64,000 nt of DNA, taken from positions 32,001-96,000 of IMG/VR virus record IMGVR_UViG_3300023174_000094. The stretch is one strand, 5' to 3'. The number at the start of each line of letters is the position of its first letter. Positions within the stretch are counted from its first letter, which is position 1. The notes under the pieces are model-generated. The model saw only the letters and a list, made by a program, of their open reading frames with translations. It was not told the origin of the DNA and did not search any database. This document shows, one piece after another, positions 63,532-64,000 of this stretch. A program made the translations under genes and the position numbers. This DNA comes from a virus.

Positions 63532-64000
63532 ATAAGGAAAATCTACAGAGAGTAATTGATGCCATCAAATTTGATGGACAAAAGAAATTCAATATGGCTG
63601 CCTTTATTGGTAAGCTAAATGATGATAGAAATGAAGAATATATATTTGAAGATGGTGAGTTAGCAAGTAAATATCCTGTAAGTAGAGTTCTTCGTATTGA
63701 AGAAGGTACAAATATCTTTAATTGTACATCAATGGGTTGTATTGCAGGATTTGCTACAGCAATAGCAAATGAATGGAAAGCGCCTAAGTGGTTGACAATT
63801 GATGATCATTCAGCTCAGCTTCAAGGTTTTGAAAGCACATCAAATGAATTTTTAGGTTTCACATATCATGAGGGTAGAAATCTTTATTATGGTGATGATG
63901 CTTCTATTTGGAAATGGTTGATGTATATGGAACCAGATAAATATTCTGATTTGCGAGTAGAAGAGTATGGATCATTAGAAGAGGCTGAAGAATACGGTAT
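63528..64000 (+). CDS. Hypothetical protein (3'-partial)
   Basis: SD AAGGAG; MNKENLQRVIDAIK...FNM...CTSMGCIAGFA; open to window end. Confidence 0.65.
   Translation, partial: MNKENLQRVIDAIKFDGQKKFNMAAFIGKLNDDRNEEYIFEDGELASKYPVSRVLRIEEGTNIFNCTSMGCIAGFATAIANEWKAPKWLTIDDHSAQLQGFESTSNEFLGFTYHEGRNLYYGDDASIWKWLMYMEPDKYSDLRVEEYGSLEEAEEYG

Noticed and set aside
1-64000. Stop-codon reassignment, integrase or lysis cassette
   Set aside because: Genes tile cleanly in the standard code with all three stops used; no integrase, holin or canonical endolysin recognised in this window.

Overview
A 64-kb piece of a large, low-GC (mid-30s % by eye) tailed dsDNA phage genome with siphovirus-type tail genes. Every credible gene is on the + strand. 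Two WhiB-family genes, extended -10/leaderless promoters and a DnaE/RecA/Cas4/RuvC/terminase layout point to an actinobacterial host, probably a freshwater lineage (inference). Order: (1) 1-6.7 kb, modular fibre genes with shared repeats; (2) 6.7-25 kb, head-tail joining, major tail, tail chaperones with a -1 frameshift, tape measure and tail-tip genes, with a GNAT / Cys-rich / 2OG-Fe(II) hydroxylase cassette placed behind a tail protein that ends in a Pro/Ser repeat and a 6-Cys knottin-like peptide; (3) 25-47.3 kb, replication, recombination and packaging genes interleaved with four glycosyltransferases, a cytidylyltransferase and a YkgJ/FliB-like protein; (4) a structured ~370-bp non-coding boundary; (5) 47.7-64 kb, AT-rich short early-type ORFs, including a circularly permuted GHKL ATPase-HExxH fusion, a secreted lytic transglycosylase, tRNA-Arg(UCU) and a ~520-nt structured non-coding cluster with two tandem, covarying three-way-junction RNA motifs. 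All calls come from reading motifs by eye; no searches were run.
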